This document shows positions 63,504 to 64,000 of a DNA stretch of 64,000 nucleotides, one piece after another. Source of the stretch: an uncultured Chloroflexia bacterium (GTDB taxonomy: Bacteria > Chloroflexota > Chloroflexia > QHBQ01 > JADMIH01); assembly GCA_963797095.1 (NCBI GenBank), contig CAWCNY010000008.1:111431-175430 (forward strand), given 5' to 3'. The translations under genes were made by a program, and so were the position numbers. The notes beneath the pieces were generated by a model, which was not told where the DNA came from, did not search any database, and worked only from the letters and a program-made list of their open reading frames with translations. How positions within the stretch are numbered: the first letter of the stretch is position 1; each line of letters begins with the position of its first letter.

Positions 63504-63903
63504 GTCGAATATCTCCAATCCAGCCCGCAAGGGACATCACGAATAGGATGAAGCCCAGGCCGAGAATGAAAGGGGAAGTCACGAAGCCCCACAGCAGCAG
63601 CACGATACCGACCGACATGACAATGGGCCAGTACGTTGGCTTTGGAAGATCGGGCGGGGGAAGAGCGGTCCAACCCTGCTTCAATACATAGTTCCTCCTA
63701 TGCGCCGGACCTTCGTTCTCGCCTGCTGCTCTCTCGATGTCCTCACGTTGTGTCTGCATCGCTGCAACTCTACCGGCGGTGGGTCCTGAACCCAGAACCG
63801 GCTCTTCCCTATCCACGAGGCGGGAGAACGCCCCCACCGTCAACAAGGCGCTGAGTAAAGCACCGAAAAACCCGACAATGGCGTTCTTGATCTTATCCCA
63901 CAT
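63490..63903 (-). CDS. Cytochrome c oxidase subunit IV-like small membrane protein
   Basis: LPKPTYWPIVMSVG..WG...LAGWIGDI two-TM hairpin in a respiratory operon. Confidence 0.6.
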   Translation of the reverse strand: MWDKIKNAIVGFFGALLSALLTVGAFSRLVDREEPVLGSGPTAGRVAAMQTQREDIERAAGENEGPAHRRNYVLKQGWTALPPPDLPKPTYWPIVMSVGIVLLLWGFVTSPFILGLGFILFVMSLAGWIGDIRHESE

Positions 63904-64000
63904 CTAAACTTCCTCCCTCGGTATCAGGGTTACGGGTATGTCTCTTTCCTCATCTTCGGGCATGGAGTACCACCTGATCACGGTGCCTATGATCCCGCTC
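63904..64000 (-). CDS. 3' end of an upstream membrane protein of the respiratory operon (possibly a CtaG-type assembly factor), partial
   Basis: Open frame SGIIGTVIRWYSMPEDEERDIPVTLIPREEV* abuts the next ATG. Confidence 0.45.
   Translation of the reverse strand, partial: SGIIGTVIRWYSMPEDEERDIPVTLIPREEV

Noticed and set aside
1-64000. tRNA, rRNA, integrase, transposase or prophage genes
   Set aside because: None were recognised in the ORF track or by reading intergenic regions.

Overview
A GC-rich bacterial window, probably a monoderm member of the Chloroflexota. That placement is inferred from lipoproteins with Pro/Thr/Ala linkers, XRE-TPR and AAA-TPR-LuxR regulators, and the absence of outer-membrane components. 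In order, it carries: an ABC exporter pair; an HNH nuclease; a decayed XRE-TPR regulator; a sugar ABC transporter preceded by a two-component system whose kinase has a degenerate ABC-ATPase domain as its only input; PadR plus a methyltransferase; an 11-kb putative c-di-GMP-controlled surface-polysaccharide locus (multi-MshEN GT2 synthase split by a frameshift, two GT-C proteins, BcsB-like protein, RxxD GGDEF-like receptor); a two-component system with a copper/oxidase-maturation cluster; a VanR-like regulated pobA-pca operon containing a MetE-like Zn enzyme but no vanAB; SnoaL and a LAL regulator; a 6S-like RNA; an ion-homeostasis cluster; and the end of a Rieske/cytochrome b-c/oxidase operon. 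GTAG-type 24/25-bp tandem repeats and diverse 7-bp microsatellites are scattered through it, several inside genes. The three strongest leads are the pseudo-ATPase-kinase 'transceptor', the MshEN-array polysaccharide system, and the MetE-like candidate O-demethylase. All functional calls come from motif recognition by eye; no database searches were run.
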